From Rivularia sp. T60_A2020_040 (GTDB lineage Bacteria > Cyanobacteriota > Cyanobacteriia > Cyanobacteriales > Nostocaceae), in the NCBI GenBank assembly GCA_015272215.1, contig JACYMD010000048.1, forward strand, positions 4,874 through 68,873: a stretch of DNA of 64,000 nt, in the 5' to 3' direction. A program made the translations under genes and the position numbers. Positions 1-10,555 of the stretch are shown piece after piece (positions within the stretch are counted from its first letter, which is position 1; the number at the start of each line of letters is the position of its first letter). Under the pieces are notes generated by a model. It saw nothing but the letters and a program-made list of their open reading frames with translations. It ran no database searches and was not told the DNA's origin.

Positions 1-393
1 AGGAACGCGACGCTGCCATGCTGAACCTAGAAGTACTCCCATAAAAGCATAGGGGATGACAAATAGCAGACTCCTGGTTGGTCCCATTAATACTAATAGC
101 AGTAAACCGGAGGTTAAAGCTGACATCCATGCGGCTCTGCTATTCCACCGTAGATAAACTAAAGCGATGGGGATGGGGAAAAATACTTTAAGAAGACCTA
201 AAGGGAAATAAAAATTAATAAACCAAATCAAACTGCCGGTACTTGCCAAAAATGCCGTTTCCACCATTTGTAATGGTGCATCGACTTGAAACTCTGGAGT
301 TGCCAAATCCTGATTGTTTGAATTGTTGGATGGATTTTGATTAAAGGAATTGTTTCCCTCTTTATCATCCGCAGAAGAACTAAGAATATCCAT
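1..393 (-). CDS. DUF2232-family integral membrane protein (partial, runs off the left edge)
   Basis: Not in the ORF track. Manual translation from the ATG at 393 gives MDILSSSADD...APLQMVETAFLASTGSLIWFINFYFPLG...FFPIPIALVYLRW...GPTRSLLFVIPYAFMGVLLG, open to the window edge and lying directly downstream of crp. Confidence 0.75.
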   Translation of the reverse strand, partial: MDILSSSADDKEGNNSFNQNPSNNSNNQDLATPEFQVDAPLQMVETAFLASTGSLIWFINFYFPLGLLKVFFPIPIALVYLRWNSRAAWMSALTSGLLLLVLMGPTRSLLFVIPYAFMGVLLGSAWQRRVP

Positions 394-415
394 GTGAAAG
401 ACGGTGTGCCATCGG

Positions 416-1114
416 TTAATTTATCATCTGTTCTAACGCTGATACATTGGGAATACAAATAACATCCCCACTACGTTGAATCAATTTTTTCTTTTCTAAC
501 TTAGTTAATACCCTAGTTACGGTTTCTCGTGCCAGTCCGCTCAAACTGCTTAATTCCCGATGTGGTAAATTAGGAATTTCCACACCCGTGGAATTTTTTA
601 TCCCTTGTCCTTCTGCTAAAAATAACAAAGTATCTGCCACGCGAGAAGCTGAATCCGATTCCCGTAATCGTAAGCGTCGGTTAACTTGTCGCAACCGACG
701 AGCCATTAACTGTGCTAATCGAACTCCCGCTAAAGGTTCGGTGTTGAGTAACTTAATAAAATCCTGGGATGGTAAACTACCGATTTGAGTAGAAGTGAGA
801 GTAATCACATCAGTGGAGCGAGGTACTTCATCTAATGCAGCCATTTCACCAAACAATTCTCCTCTACCAAGAATATTTAGGGTTAATTCTTTACCTTCTA
901 GATTGTAAGTGCGAATTTTCACCCAACCTTCCACAATAAAATATACGGAACCACCCCAATCATTTTCTAATAAAATTACCTGATTCGCTGGGTGAGAGCG
1001 ACTAACAAGATTGCTTAAAGCTAATTCAATGGCGGTTTTTGGTAGCCCTTCAAAAAAAGGAGTTGAGAGAGTTACTTCTTTGGCAAGAGGGTGCAAGCTA
1101 TACCTATCTTCCAT
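416..1114 (-). CDS. crp: Crp/Fnr-family cAMP-binding transcriptional regulator (SyCRP1/AnCrpA-like)
   Basis: cNMP-binding motif GELFGEMAALDEVPRS and C-terminal HTH LPHRELSSLSGLARETVTRVL. Confidence 0.88.
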   Translation of the reverse strand: MEDRYSLHPLAKEVTLSTPFFEGLPKTAIELALSNLVSRSHPANQVILLENDWGGSVYFIVEGWVKIRTYNLEGKELTLNILGRGELFGEMAALDEVPRSTDVITLTSTQIGSLPSQDFIKLLNTEPLAGVRLAQLMARRLRQVNRRLRLRESDSASRVADTLLFLAEGQGIKNSTGVEIPNLPHRELSSLSGLARETVTRVLTKLEKKKLIQRSGDVICIPNVSALEQMIN

Positions 1115-1498
1115 TGGGACATTTTGATTTTAGTTGTAATACAAATTACTTTCCAAACCAGCCTGTGGCTCCACCTATCAAAGCACAGCCCCAGGCAAAA
1201 ACAAAACCAAACAAAACTAAACTATGTTACACAAAAAAAATCAGCAAGTAACTGTTAATCAGCCGCACCCTGGGAATCAAGAGTCAACGGCAAACGCAGT
1301 AATTGGGAATGCCTTGATTTTTCTGAGTTTTCGGCAAGCTTTCCAAGTAACTTATGAACTTATTTAAAATTGGGTTTAAACTAAGTACAACTTTGATCAG
1401 AATTTACCAAAACCCAGCAGTACCAAGATAATTACTCGTTATATTTACTATTGATGGGATTTTTCCCAAATCCAACACTAAAAGATACAATTTATAAT

Positions 1499-1570
1499 CT
1501 AAATTCAAATTCAAATTCAAACTTAAACGTAAACTTAAATTCAAACTTAAACTTAAATTCAAACCTCAAA
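1499..1570. repeat. Tandem hexamer repeat (AAATTC/AAACTT)n
   Basis: About 11 degenerate 6-mers in the crp / large-ORF divergent intergenic region. Confidence 0.8.
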
Positions 1571-1728
1571 TTACTTAGTAACAATTATGCCAAACAGCCT
1601 AGGACTGCTCAAAACCCGATTAATTCCCATATTCATATTGTTTCTATTCTACTCTTGACAATAACCTAATAACTACCTGATAGATAATATTACTTTTAGT
1701 AATTCTAAACTGATTGCGTTCACTGTTG

Positions 1729-1736
1729 GCGATCGC
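1729..1736. repeat. HIP1 octamer GCGATCGC (representative of many copies across the window)
   Basis: Exact palindrome, recurring in many CDSs and intergenic regions; a hallmark of cyanobacterial DNA. Confidence 0.9.
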
Positions 1737-1773
1737 CATTACATCCGTAAAGTTCACAATAAGGAAAATCAAC

Positions 1774-4700
1774 GTGACTTCCCGCGCAAACCAAATCCAA
1801 AGCATGATTGCAGACATTGATCAATTACTCGCTCACAAAGGAAAGCGTTTGTGGGGGGTTGTTTCTTCTCAGGAAGAGCCACGTCAGGTTTTACAGCGTA
1901 TTCGGGATTTCCTCGTCAAAGAAGCAGAAGAAAAAGAGACTTCGACGTTTCCAGCACAATTACCTGCTCTGGTGGCAAAATTCGTGGGAGAAGGAAACCA
2001 AGATTCTGTTGAGCGACAAAAAACACAATCTCTCGATCATAATCTTTCTGAGTTAATACAGCCACTTAAAGCAGAATTAACCATGCTGTTGCAAGAAAGA
2101 GCCAATTTAGTGAGTGAAATCCGAGATTTGGAGAAAAAACGGCTGCACGATTATTCTCTAGCGCAACAATTAGCAGTGCAAGAGAAAATCATTTCTGAAT
2201 TTATGCAGGTGTTAAGCAATCGCTTGTCAGATGAAAATGTGGTGAAAGGTTCTGGAAATATTACCAGTCAGAAAGCTCTCAGCGCTTCTGGTAATCAAGT
2301 AGATTCAGCACGGGTAGAAAGTTTAACTCAGTTGACAAATGATTTAGATCAGCGTTTAGTAGCTTTAGATGGTACCGTCAATGTTGTTTTTGAAGGATTA
2401 CAGCGCAATATTCACGCTTATCACGATTCTTTATCCCAAGCATTAGCAAGAATGCATTATAAAGGAGTACAAGGAGAACAGTTACTTGAAGGCTTGATCA
2501 AAAATTTCGCAAACCTTCCACCTGTTCAAGAGCAAGAATTATTACAACAAACTATCGAATATTCTAGCACTCAAGCAGTTGAAGCCGACGGTGGCAATTC
2601 CAATAATTTTGAAAATGTTGAAAATGTTGAAAATGTCGATTCCCAACAAGTTTACACTCAAGACAATCACGAAAAATTAGCAGTTATTCCCGACGAAACC
2701 ATTGATAATATTGAATTTTCTCAAGCTCAAGAGGATGAAGATGATACTTCCATGACATCCGATTTGGAAGCAGTGATTTTTCAACTCGAAAAAGAGTCTG
2801 TAAGTGAGTTAAATCAAGAATTAGAAGAGAATGATTATTTAGAAATAGAATGGACAGAAGAGGCAGAAGAAGTTGAAGAGGAAATCATTGAACAAGAAAT
2901 AGTTGTTGATTCCGAAGCTTTTGATTCCCCGGAAAAAATGCAAGCAGTATTAAATGAGTTAAAAAAAGAATCAATAAATTCCGAAGAATTACTTGCGAAT
3001 ACTACTTCAGAAAGTACCAATGAGGACGAAGTTGATCAACTTTACGCCAGCTTATTTGATCGCGATAATTTAACTATTTCAAATTCTCAAACGGCTTACC
3101 AGCAAAATGTACAGTCCGCAATAAATAATCTAGAAAATCCCCAGAATTCCGACATCAATTCACAATTGCCAGAAACCCAAACAGAGAAAGAAGTTATTTC
3201 TCAAGAAGTAGTTTTTGAATATACACCCCCATCACCAACCGTTGAAACTGTTGAGACTTCTGATTATGAAGATTCTATAGATTATAGTGATCAATTATCA
3301 GTACCAGATTCCTCATTAAATGAGAATAATTCAGGTTTCGACGATGCTAATCAATCTACAAAAAATACAAATACAAATACAAATACATTAGAATCAAATC
3401 AAACTACTTCTTATACTTATAAACGCAAAATACAAGCTGCCAGTGAAGATACAATAACCCAACTGACAGAACTTTTGTTTGAAGAAACACCGTCCGTAGT
3501 TACACCAATACCCGATAATGCCCAATTAAACGTAATTCAAACCAGTAAACCAATTCAACAGCAAGAATTGGCTGCTTCAAGCAAATCTGAAACTATTACA
3601 CAAACCGCTACACCAGAAAAACCCCAATTAAAAGAAATTACCCTGCCGATTACTTTTCAACCTCAACCAGATACAAAAATAGAAGCGAATACCGATTTAA
3701 ACCCACTTCCCCAAACTGAAAAAACTACTACTCCAGAGCAACAAAGCTTCCCAGAAAATAATCCTCCGGTAATTAGTAGTACTGAAATTCCTTCCATAAA
3801 CCCTAGCGAAACAGTTTGGTATTTAGGAATCGATTTAGGAACAACAGGAATTTCCGCAGCCTTGTTAAATCGTTCCAGCCAACTAATACATCCAATTTAT
3901 TGGGATTCACAGCAGCAGCCTCAAACAGCTTCTCAAACCCGAAGTTTCCGTTTACCAGCCGAAGTTTATCTGCCCAAAAGCGCTGCTCATAAAAACACAG
4001 ACGAAAACCCAGCCGAACAAAATATCTATTCAGCATATCTCAAACCATATTTACAAATTTCCCTTCCTTACAAAAATCTTTCCGAAACAGCTTCCACCGA
4101 AATGCGTCAGAAATGGGAACCAATACTGCAACTCAACGAATTTTCCACAGTTCCCTTAGTATGGATTGTCCGCTCCCTCTCAAAACTGCTTTTAACCTTA
4201 AAATCCGACTCCAATAGCACCACTTTAGGATTAACTGCTACTGCCATCGGCATCGAAAAATCCGAATTTGATCGTATTATTGATAACATCGCCGGTGTGA
4301 TTTGCACTTGTCCTTCCAATTGGTCAGAACAATATCGTTTTAACATCCGAGAATCATTATTGATCAGTAAATTAGTCAAACATCCCCAACAAGTATTTTT
4401 TGTTGAAGAAGCCATCGCCACCTTAATAGCAAAACTAGAAGGTGCTAACGGCGAAATAGTCAAACTAATCACCAACGAAAACTCCCCGGCTGTTGCCACC
4501 AGCGATACTCAAATTATAGGTAACACCTTAGTCATTAATATCGGAGCCAACGCCACCGAAATGGCATTAGTAGATTTACCAGAAAACCTGCAAGATTTAA
4601 CACACAACGAATTTATGCTCCACGGCTTTACCTGCGGCGGAAAAGCAATGGAACAAGATATTATCACTCAACTATTACTACCGGAAAAATGGCGAAAATC

Positions 4701-5676
4701 TCGCAACTCCCAATCACCAGAGAACCCTAACGACAACAACCCCCTACATTGGAAGCCAAATATTCCCGGCTTAGACAAAGTACGTTTTTCCAGCTTAGGT
4801 TTAAATAACTTAGAACTACCTCGCGCTGGAGAACCCGACATCAGTCAACGGATTCGCTTACAGCAAAGACTCGAAAGCTCACCCTTGGGTAAAGCATTAT
4901 TAGATGCCGCCATTGCCTTGAAGTTAATTTTGCAGCACCAAGAATCCTTTACCATTGAACTGGCAGATCAAAGATGGGAATTACAGCGACGAGACTTAGA
5001 AAGCCAAGTATTTGTCCCATTCGTTCGTCGGATTAACCGTGAACTGAATAAACTATTAGTAGCACGCGGTATTCCTACAGAAGCCATCAACCAAATTATT
5101 CTGTGCGGTGGTGTTTCATCCATAACCGCTATTAATCGTTGGTTGCGCCAAAAACTTCCCAGTGCCAAAATTATTCAAGAAAAATATCTCGGTGAAAACG
5201 GTACTCCCGCTTGTTCTTCCGTCGCCATCGGATTATGCCTCCTACCCTTACATCCTTTAGTATTAGAAATACCCAGACAACAATACACCGACTACTTCTT
5301 ATTTACCGAATTGCTGCGGCTAGTACCAGAAAAAGCATTATCCTTCGGCGAAGTCATCCAACTATTTGAAGCACGTGGAATCAACACCCGCACTTGTCAG
5401 CAACGCTTATTAGCTTTTCTAGAAGGAGAAATACCACCAGGTTTAGTACCCAATAGCCAAGATATGCAATGGCTCAGCCAAACTTCCGTACAAAACTCCA
5501 ACTACAAAGCGATTGCTGCATCACCATTATTTGACAAACAAGGCAGTCTTTCCTACCGTCCCAACCTACGACAATTGCAGCATTTACGCAATTACCTCGA
5601 CACAATCAAAGCCAGCGCTCATCAGTCCTTAGAAGAGCCTTATATTGTCAATTTTGCAGTAGGAGTTGACAGTTGA
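1774..5676 (+). CDS. Large uncharacterised protein: N-terminal coiled coil, acidic low-complexity linker, C-terminal Hsp70/actin-like ATPase-fold domain
   Basis: Probable GTG start at 1774 after AAGGA. Heptad-rich region ELIQPLKAELTMLLQERANLVSEIRDLE. Actin-fold motifs WYLGIDLGTTG, FFVEEAIA, IILCGGVSSI. Confidence 0.75.
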   Translation: MTSRANQIQSMIADIDQLLAHKGKRLWGVVSSQEEPRQVLQRIRDFLVKEAEEKETSTFPAQLPALVAKFVGEGNQDSVERQKTQSLDHNLSELIQPLKAELTMLLQERANLVSEIRDLEKKRLHDYSLAQQLAVQEKIISEFMQVLSNRLSDENVVKGSGNITSQKALSASGNQVDSARVESLTQLTNDLDQRLVALDGTVNVVFEGLQRNIHAYHDSLSQALARMHYKGVQGEQLLEGLIKNFANLPPVQEQELLQQTIEYSSTQAVEADGGNSNNFENVENVENVDSQQVYTQDNHEKLAVIPDETIDNIEFSQAQEDEDDTSMTSDLEAVIFQLEKESVSELNQELEENDYLEIEWTEEAEEVEEEIIEQEIVVDSEAFDSPEKMQAVLNELKKESINSEELLANTTSESTNEDEVDQLYASLFDRDNLTISNSQTAYQQNVQSAINNLENPQNSDINSQLPETQTEKEVISQEVVFEYTPPSPTVETVETSDYEDSIDYSDQLSVPDSSLNENNSGFDDANQSTKNTNTNTNTLESNQTTSYTYKRKIQAASEDTITQLTELLFEETPSVVTPIPDNAQLNVIQTSKPIQQQELAASSKSETITQTATPEKPQLKEITLPITFQPQPDTKIEANTDLNPLPQTEKTTTPEQQSFPENNPPVISSTEIPSINPSETVWYLGIDLGTTGISAALLNRSSQLIHPIYWDSQQQPQTASQTRSFRLPAEVYLPKSAAHKNTDENPAEQNIYSAYLKPYLQISLPYKNLSETASTEMRQKWEPILQLNEFSTVPLVWIVRSLSKLLLTLKSDSNSTTLGLTATAIGIEKSEFDRIIDNIAGVICTCPSNWSEQYRFNIRESLLISKLVKHPQQVFFVEEAIATLIAKLEGANGEIVKLITNENSPAVATSDTQIIGNTLVINIGANATEMALVDLPENLQDLTHNEFMLHGFTCGGKAMEQDIITQLLLPEKWRKSRNSQSPENPNDNNPLHWKPNIPGLDKVRFSSLGLNNLELPRAGEPDISQRIRLQQRLESSPLGKALLDAAIALKLILQHQESFTIELADQRWELQRRDLESQVFVPFVRRINRELNKLLVARGIPTEAINQIILCGGVSSITAINRWLRQKLPSAKIIQEKYLGENGTPACSSVAIGLCLLPLHPLVLEIPRQQYTDYFLFTELLRLVPEKALSFGEVIQLFEARGINTRTCQQRLLAFLEGEIPPGLVPNSQDMQWLSQTSVQNSNYKAIAASPLFDKQGSLSYRPNLRQLQHLRNYLDTIKASAHQSLEEPYIVNFAVGVDS

Positions 5677-5702
5677 CAGTTGACAGTTGACAGTGGACAG
5701 TT
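5665..5702. repeat. STRR-type heptamer array (TTGACAG)n
   Basis: Five tandem copies; the array supplies the last codons and the TGA stop of the preceding ORF. Confidence 0.85.
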
Positions 5703-5919
5703 ACCATTTATCAAGCATCAACTATCCACCACCAACCACCATCAACTAACTCTTTTCTGCATAAATTCTTACAAAATTTATAAATAAAATATAAATTTTA
5801 AAAAATCAGAGTTTTATTCAAAGATTTGGTAAATTTTTAATATTTAGCCACACTTACGGTTTGGAGTTATCTATATTGGCACTGAGAAGTTTATTTATTA
5901 CGTAATATTACTGTTTGCT

Positions 5920-6624
5920 ATGGTTATCAATAGTACTCCTGCTTTCAAGCGCGATACAAAACAAAACTTAGTATTAGTGAGTCCACCTGACTCCTGGAAT
6001 TTAAGTTACCAGTCTGCTCATCCTTCGCAAATCAGTATTGCGAAAAGATTGATTGACATAGTAGGAGCAATTATTGGTTTAATCATAACTGCCGCGATCG
6101 CGATTCCGGTGGCAATGGTAACTTTACTAGATAATCCTGGTCCGATTTTTTACAGCCAAATTCGCTGCGGTATCAATGGACAAAACTTCCGTATCTGGAA
6201 ATTTCGCTCAATGGTTGTCGGAGCCGATAAACTTAAACATTTAGTCAAAAACGAAGCCAGTGGTCATATATTTAAATGTACAGAAGATCCCCGGATTACC
6301 CGTGTAGGTAAATTTTTACGTCGTACAAGTTTGGACGAATTACCGCAATTTTGGAACGTACTCAAAGGAGAAATGAGTTTAGTTGGAACTCGTCCACCCA
6401 CTCCTGATGAAGTAATGCAATACCAACCGCACCACTGGGAAAGACTCCGAGTCAAACCCGGAATTACCGGAGAATGGCAAGCAAACGGTCGTTCCAGCAT
6501 CAAAGATTTTGAAAAGATAGTCCAAATGGATTTAGATTACCAACGTAAGTGGTCTGTATCTTACGATTTATTTCTCATCTTTAAAACCATTTGGGTAGTA
6601 CTCAATAAAAACGGCGCTTGTTAG
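5920..6624 (+). CDS. Bacterial sugar transferase (WcaJ/WbaP-type polyprenyl-phosphate glycosylphosphotransferase)
   Basis: KRLIDI, KFRSM, DPRITRVGKFLRRTSLDELPQFWNVLKGEMSLVGTRP, KPGITGEWQ. Confidence 0.9.
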   Translation: MVINSTPAFKRDTKQNLVLVSPPDSWNLSYQSAHPSQISIAKRLIDIVGAIIGLIITAAIAIPVAMVTLLDNPGPIFYSQIRCGINGQNFRIWKFRSMVVGADKLKHLVKNEASGHIFKCTEDPRITRVGKFLRRTSLDELPQFWNVLKGEMSLVGTRPPTPDEVMQYQPHHWERLRVKPGITGEWQANGRSSIKDFEKIVQMDLDYQRKWSVSYDLFLIFKTIWVVLNKNGAC

Positions 6625-6742
6625 GGCAATTATCAATCTAGGGGGTTTGATTGTTTAAAAAATGTAGTTTAGCCCTAAAGTGCGGCTCATCTCTCTTTAA
6701 TCTCTTCCCTCTGTGTTCTCTGCGTCTAGTAAGGTTTTTTTT

Positions 6743-7303
6743 TCAGTAATCTTTTACCGAAAAAAGAGTAATTTCCGTACAAATATCATCTAACTTTTTA
6801 TCCCAAACTTCTACAGGAATTTCAGGTAAACAAGCAAAATCAAACACAATACCTATAGTCGGTATTAATTCCCAACCAGGAGAACTTAATAAACGGTCAT
6901 AATATCCACCACCGTAACCCAAACGATAACCTTGATAGTCGCAAGCAACACAAGGAACTAGAATTAAATCAACGCGATCGCAATTAATTCTTTCTGCATC
7001 GGGATGTGGTTCACGAATTCCGTATTTACCAGTAATTACTTGATTTTGAGGTTGCCAAATATGCCAGCTGAGGGATTTTTCAATGCAGCGTGGAAATCCC
7101 CATATTTTTGTATTATCTGAGAATAAATAACTTAAATCGGGTTCTTGACGAAAACTAAAATAAGCAAGAATTGTTTTCGCTTGTTGAAATAACTGTGAAT
7201 TTAAAAGATTTATACAAATAGCTTGACTTTTTTGCCGCCATTCTGATTCTGAAATAAATTGACGTTGTTTGATAATATTACGACGTAATTCTGCTTTTTC
7301 CAA
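6743..7303 (-). CDS. 5-formyltetrahydrofolate cyclo-ligase
   Basis: N-terminal KAELR, DLILVPCVACDYQGYRLGYGGGYYDR, C-terminal WDKKLDDICTE. Confidence 0.92.
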   Translation of the reverse strand: MEKAELRRNIIKQRQFISESEWRQKSQAICINLLNSQLFQQAKTILAYFSFRQEPDLSYLFSDNTKIWGFPRCIEKSLSWHIWQPQNQVITGKYGIREPHPDAERINCDRVDLILVPCVACDYQGYRLGYGGGYYDRLLSSPGWELIPTIGIVFDFACLPEIPVEVWDKKLDDICTEITLFSVKDY

Positions 7304-7325
7304 TTGATGCCCAATATAATTCTAA

Positions 7326-7375
7326 AAAACCCACGCAGGTGGGTTTTGTTTGTGTAGTCGCGACTTATAGTCGCC
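7326..7375. repeat. Small dispersed palindromic repeat (two hairpins)
   Basis: AAAACCCAC-GCAG-GTGGGTTTT followed by GCGACT-TAT-AGTCGC; architecture typical of Nostocales small dispersed repeats. Confidence 0.6.
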
Positions 7376-7411
7376 AGATACTATTAATATATTTTCCCCA
7401 TAACCTAAAAT

Positions 7412-8368
7412 CTAGGCTACAGGTTGAGCGGCATTTTCCCGCCACCATTCAATCGTATTTTTCAAACCTTCCTTGAAGTCTACTTGAGCAGTAAAACCAA
7501 AAGCTTGCTTTGCTCTTTCGGTATCCAAACAGCGACGGGGTTGTCCGTTTGGTTTGTCAGTTTGCCAGACTATTTCACCCTCAAATCCCATTAATTCGCA
7601 AATTGTGGTAATCAAATCGCGGATCGAGATTTCATAACCAGTTCCCAAATTCACAGGTTCAGCGTCATTGTATGATTGAGTACCCATGACAATACCCCGT
7701 GCAGCATCTTCAGAATAGAGAAATTCACGGGTAGGACTTCCATCACCCCAAACCGGAATCTCTTTATCCCCTCTATCTTGGGCTTCCTGAACTTTACGAA
7801 TTAATGCCGGGATAACGTGAGAACTTCTAGGATCAAAGTTATCTTCCGGACCGTATAAATTTACTGGTAGCAAATAAATCCCGTTAAATCCGTACTGTTG
7901 ACGGTAAGCTTGTAACTGCACTAACAGAGCTTTTTTGGCAATACCGTAAGGAGCATTAGTTTCCTCTGGGTAGCCATCCCAAATGTCATCTTCCTTAAAT
8001 GGTACCGGAGTAAATTTAGGATAAGCGCAGATAGTACCGACACAGGTAAATTTCTCCACCCCAGCTTCATAAGCAGCATGAATTAACTGAGTTCCCATCA
8101 TCAAATTGTCGTAGAACAACTCCGCAGGTTTTTCTCTGTTCAAACCGATACCACCAACGTGCGCGGCTAAATGAATTACAATATCTTGTTGGTCAACCGC
8201 ACGCTTACAGTTTTCCATCACACACAAATCATAATCTCGCGATCGCGGTATTGTAATTTTATCGCTGTCTGCCCCTGCTTTAATCAGTTGATCAATTACT
8301 TGACGACCTAAAAAACCAGCACCACCAGTTACTAAAATTCTTTTATTGTTTAACTCTAAGGAATTCAT
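7412..8368 (-). CDS. fcl: GDP-L-fucose synthase
   Basis: [63 protein letters not shown]. Confidence 0.93.
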   Translation of the reverse strand: MNSLELNNKRILVTGGAGFLGRQVIDQLIKAGADSDKITIPRSRDYDLCVMENCKRAVDQQDIVIHLAAHVGGIGLNREKPAELFYDNLMMGTQLIHAAYEAGVEKFTCVGTICAYPKFTPVPFKEDDIWDGYPEETNAPYGIAKKALLVQLQAYRQQYGFNGIYLLPVNLYGPEDNFDPRSSHVIPALIRKVQEAQDRGDKEIPVWGDGSPTREFLYSEDAARGIVMGTQSYNDAEPVNLGTGYEISIRDLITTICELMGFEGEIVWQTDKPNGQPRRCLDTERAKQAFGFTAQVDFKEGLKNTIEWWRENAAQPVA

Positions 8369-8639
8369 ATTTTTTTTTCGTCCTAGTTAATAATATTCAA
8401 AGCACTCGTGCAGTCAGTTCAATTTTAGATTTTAGATTTTAGATTTTGGATTGAAGATTCTCATATTTTAAAAAGTCTCAAGAACCAAGCATTGAATTCA
8501 TAACCCTTAGCTCTTTAGAATCAAAGCGGCTGTATCATACCGTTTCCATATGAATATGTACCCAGACTTCCAAGAAATATACGTGAAAAACACTCAAAGT
8601 CAACACCAATCTAAAATCTAAAATCTAAAATCCCAAATT

Positions 8640-9719
8640 CTACATATGTAGTGCGCCCAATTCTTGACGAATCATCGCATTATCTTTAATTGCGTCGCCT
8701 ATTTTATCACCAGGAGAAGTTAAACCCAAAGCTTGTAAATCTGCTTCCACCATCAAAGCTACAAGTTGTTCAAAGGTTACTGATGGAGTCCAACCCAACT
8801 TTGTTCTAGCTTTAGAAGCATCTCCAATCAACAAGTCTACTTCCGCAGGACGTAAATAACGCTCGTCAAACTCTACGTATTCCTGCCAATCAAGATTTAC
8901 ATAACTAAATGCTAATTCTAGAAACTCCCGTACAGAATGGGTTTCGTTTGTGGCAATTACATAATCTTCGGGTTGCTCTTGTTGTAACATGAGCCACATT
9001 GCCCGGACGTAATCTTTTGCATAACCCCAATCTCTCTTTGAGTCTAGATTACCCATATAAATGTTCTTTTGCTTACCAGCAACAATCCGAGCAACTGCTC
9101 TAGTAATTTTACGGGTTACAAAAGTTTCACCACGTCGGGGTGACTCGTGGTTAAATAAAATACCATTGCACGCGAACATATTGTAAGATTCGCGGTAATT
9201 AACAGTTTGCCAATGGCTGTAAACCTTAGCACAAGCATAAGGGCTACGTGGATAAAATGGGGTTGTTTCTGTTTGCGGTACTGCTTGTACTAAACCGAAC
9301 ATTTCTGAAGAACCAGCTTGGTAGAAGCGTACTTCAATACCAGTCCGATGTTGATAATCGCGGATTGCTTCTAGTAAACGCAGGGTTCCCATTCCTACAG
9401 CATCTACTGTATATTCAGGGGAATCAAAACTTACTCGTACATGGGATTGAGCGCCTAAGTTGTAGATTTCTACAGGCTGGACTTCTTCGAGAATGCGGCG
9501 TAGCGTGGTACCGTCAGTTAAATCACCGTAATGAAGAAATAACCGCACTCCTTCTTTATGAGGATCTTCATAAATATGGTCGATACGATCTGTATTGAAA
9601 GTAGAAGTACGGCGAATAATACCGTGTACTTCATAACCTTGTTCTAATAAATACTCACTTAGATAAGAACCATCTTGCCCGGTAATACCAGTAATCAACG
9701 CTCGCTTTGGTTGGGTCAT
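8640..9719 (-). CDS. gmd: GDP-mannose 4,6-dehydratase
   Basis: [60 protein letters not shown]. Confidence 0.96.
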   Translation of the reverse strand: MTQPKRALITGITGQDGSYLSEYLLEQGYEVHGIIRRTSTFNTDRIDHIYEDPHKEGVRLFLHYGDLTDGTTLRRILEEVQPVEIYNLGAQSHVRVSFDSPEYTVDAVGMGTLRLLEAIRDYQHRTGIEVRFYQAGSSEMFGLVQAVPQTETTPFYPRSPYACAKVYSHWQTVNYRESYNMFACNGILFNHESPRRGETFVTRKITRAVARIVAGKQKNIYMGNLDSKRDWGYAKDYVRAMWLMLQQEQPEDYVIATNETHSVREFLELAFSYVNLDWQEYVEFDERYLRPAEVDLLIGDASKARTKLGWTPSVTFEQLVALMVEADLQALGLTSPGDKIGDAIKDNAMIRQELGALHM

Positions 9720-10017
9720 TCTCGTTTTTTCCTTTGTTCCTTATATATTGTAATGAAATTAATACAGGTAGCCTGGTATAAGTTAACAGGAATACACTTA
9801 CTTGCCCTCCGGGGAAACCTGCGATTTCTCTTTAAGTAATATCGCGGTCTTTTAAGTAAATATACTGTTTGGTATGTTTTTTTAGTAAACCCTTCAAACA
9901 GTAACGAGAGATTAATTATCTATCCAGTATATTTTTTTAATGTTTACAAAAACTTTATATTTTTGCTACGTTTATAAAGATTATATTAATTTTTTAGAAA
10001 TATTTTCAAAATTAATT

Positions 10018-10080
10018 AATTGGTAATTGGGAATTGGGAATTGGTAATGGGTAATTGGTAATGAGTAATGGGTAATTGGT
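10018..10080. repeat. STRR heptamer array (GGTAATT/GGGAATT/GGTAATG)n
   Basis: About 9 tandem heptamers. Similar arrays occur at ~25190, ~25380, ~27120, ~49810, ~53935 and ~62000. Confidence 0.85.
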
Positions 10081-10162
10081 ACTTCGCTAGTAAACGATAT
10101 TCGCGCAGCCGATTTAAATAAAATTAGTATCCAAAAGTGTTTTGTTTATCAAGACAATCTAA

Positions 10163-10226
10163 GTTTTATTTAGTTTATTTAGTTTATTTAGTTTATTTAG
10201 TTTATTTATTTATTTATTTATTTATT
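10163..10226. repeat. AT-rich tandem repeat (TTTATTTAG)n grading into (TTTA)n
   Basis: Read directly from the sequence. Confidence 0.8.
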
Positions 10227-10310
10227 GAAAGTAAAAATAATACACAGTATTTTGTTGTAAAAGGTAGTTTTTAAAACAGTCAAACTTATTTTTTTAGATT
10301 AGATTAATAT

Positions 10311-10410
10311 ATAGGAGTCCTACTTGAATATTGAACAAAACTCAGTACAGTTTCTATTCCCTATTCCCTATTCCCAACAGATCAATTCAAAAATCAAACA
10401 GGATTCTTAT
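10311..10410. mobile_element. Candidate MITE-like element (~100 bp, ~25-bp imperfect terminal inverted repeats)
   Basis: Left end ATAGGAGTCCTACTTGAATATTGAA versus reverse complement of right end ATAAGAATCCTGTTTGATTTTTGAA; TA-rich flanks; an internal heptamer array. Confidence 0.45.
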
Positions 10411-10555
10411 AACAACAATTAAACCGATATAAATAAATAACTTGTTTAAATAATCAGCTTGAATATTAATTATTCTTAAAAAAAACAAATGGCATATAGA
10501 TTTAACGGGGCAACTTTGCTGCCCCTAAAATCAAAATCAAAATCAAGCCTTTTTT

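Noticed and set aside
5920-6624. hepC
   Set aside because: It lacks the longer N-terminal extension I recall for HepC; left as a generic sugar transferase.
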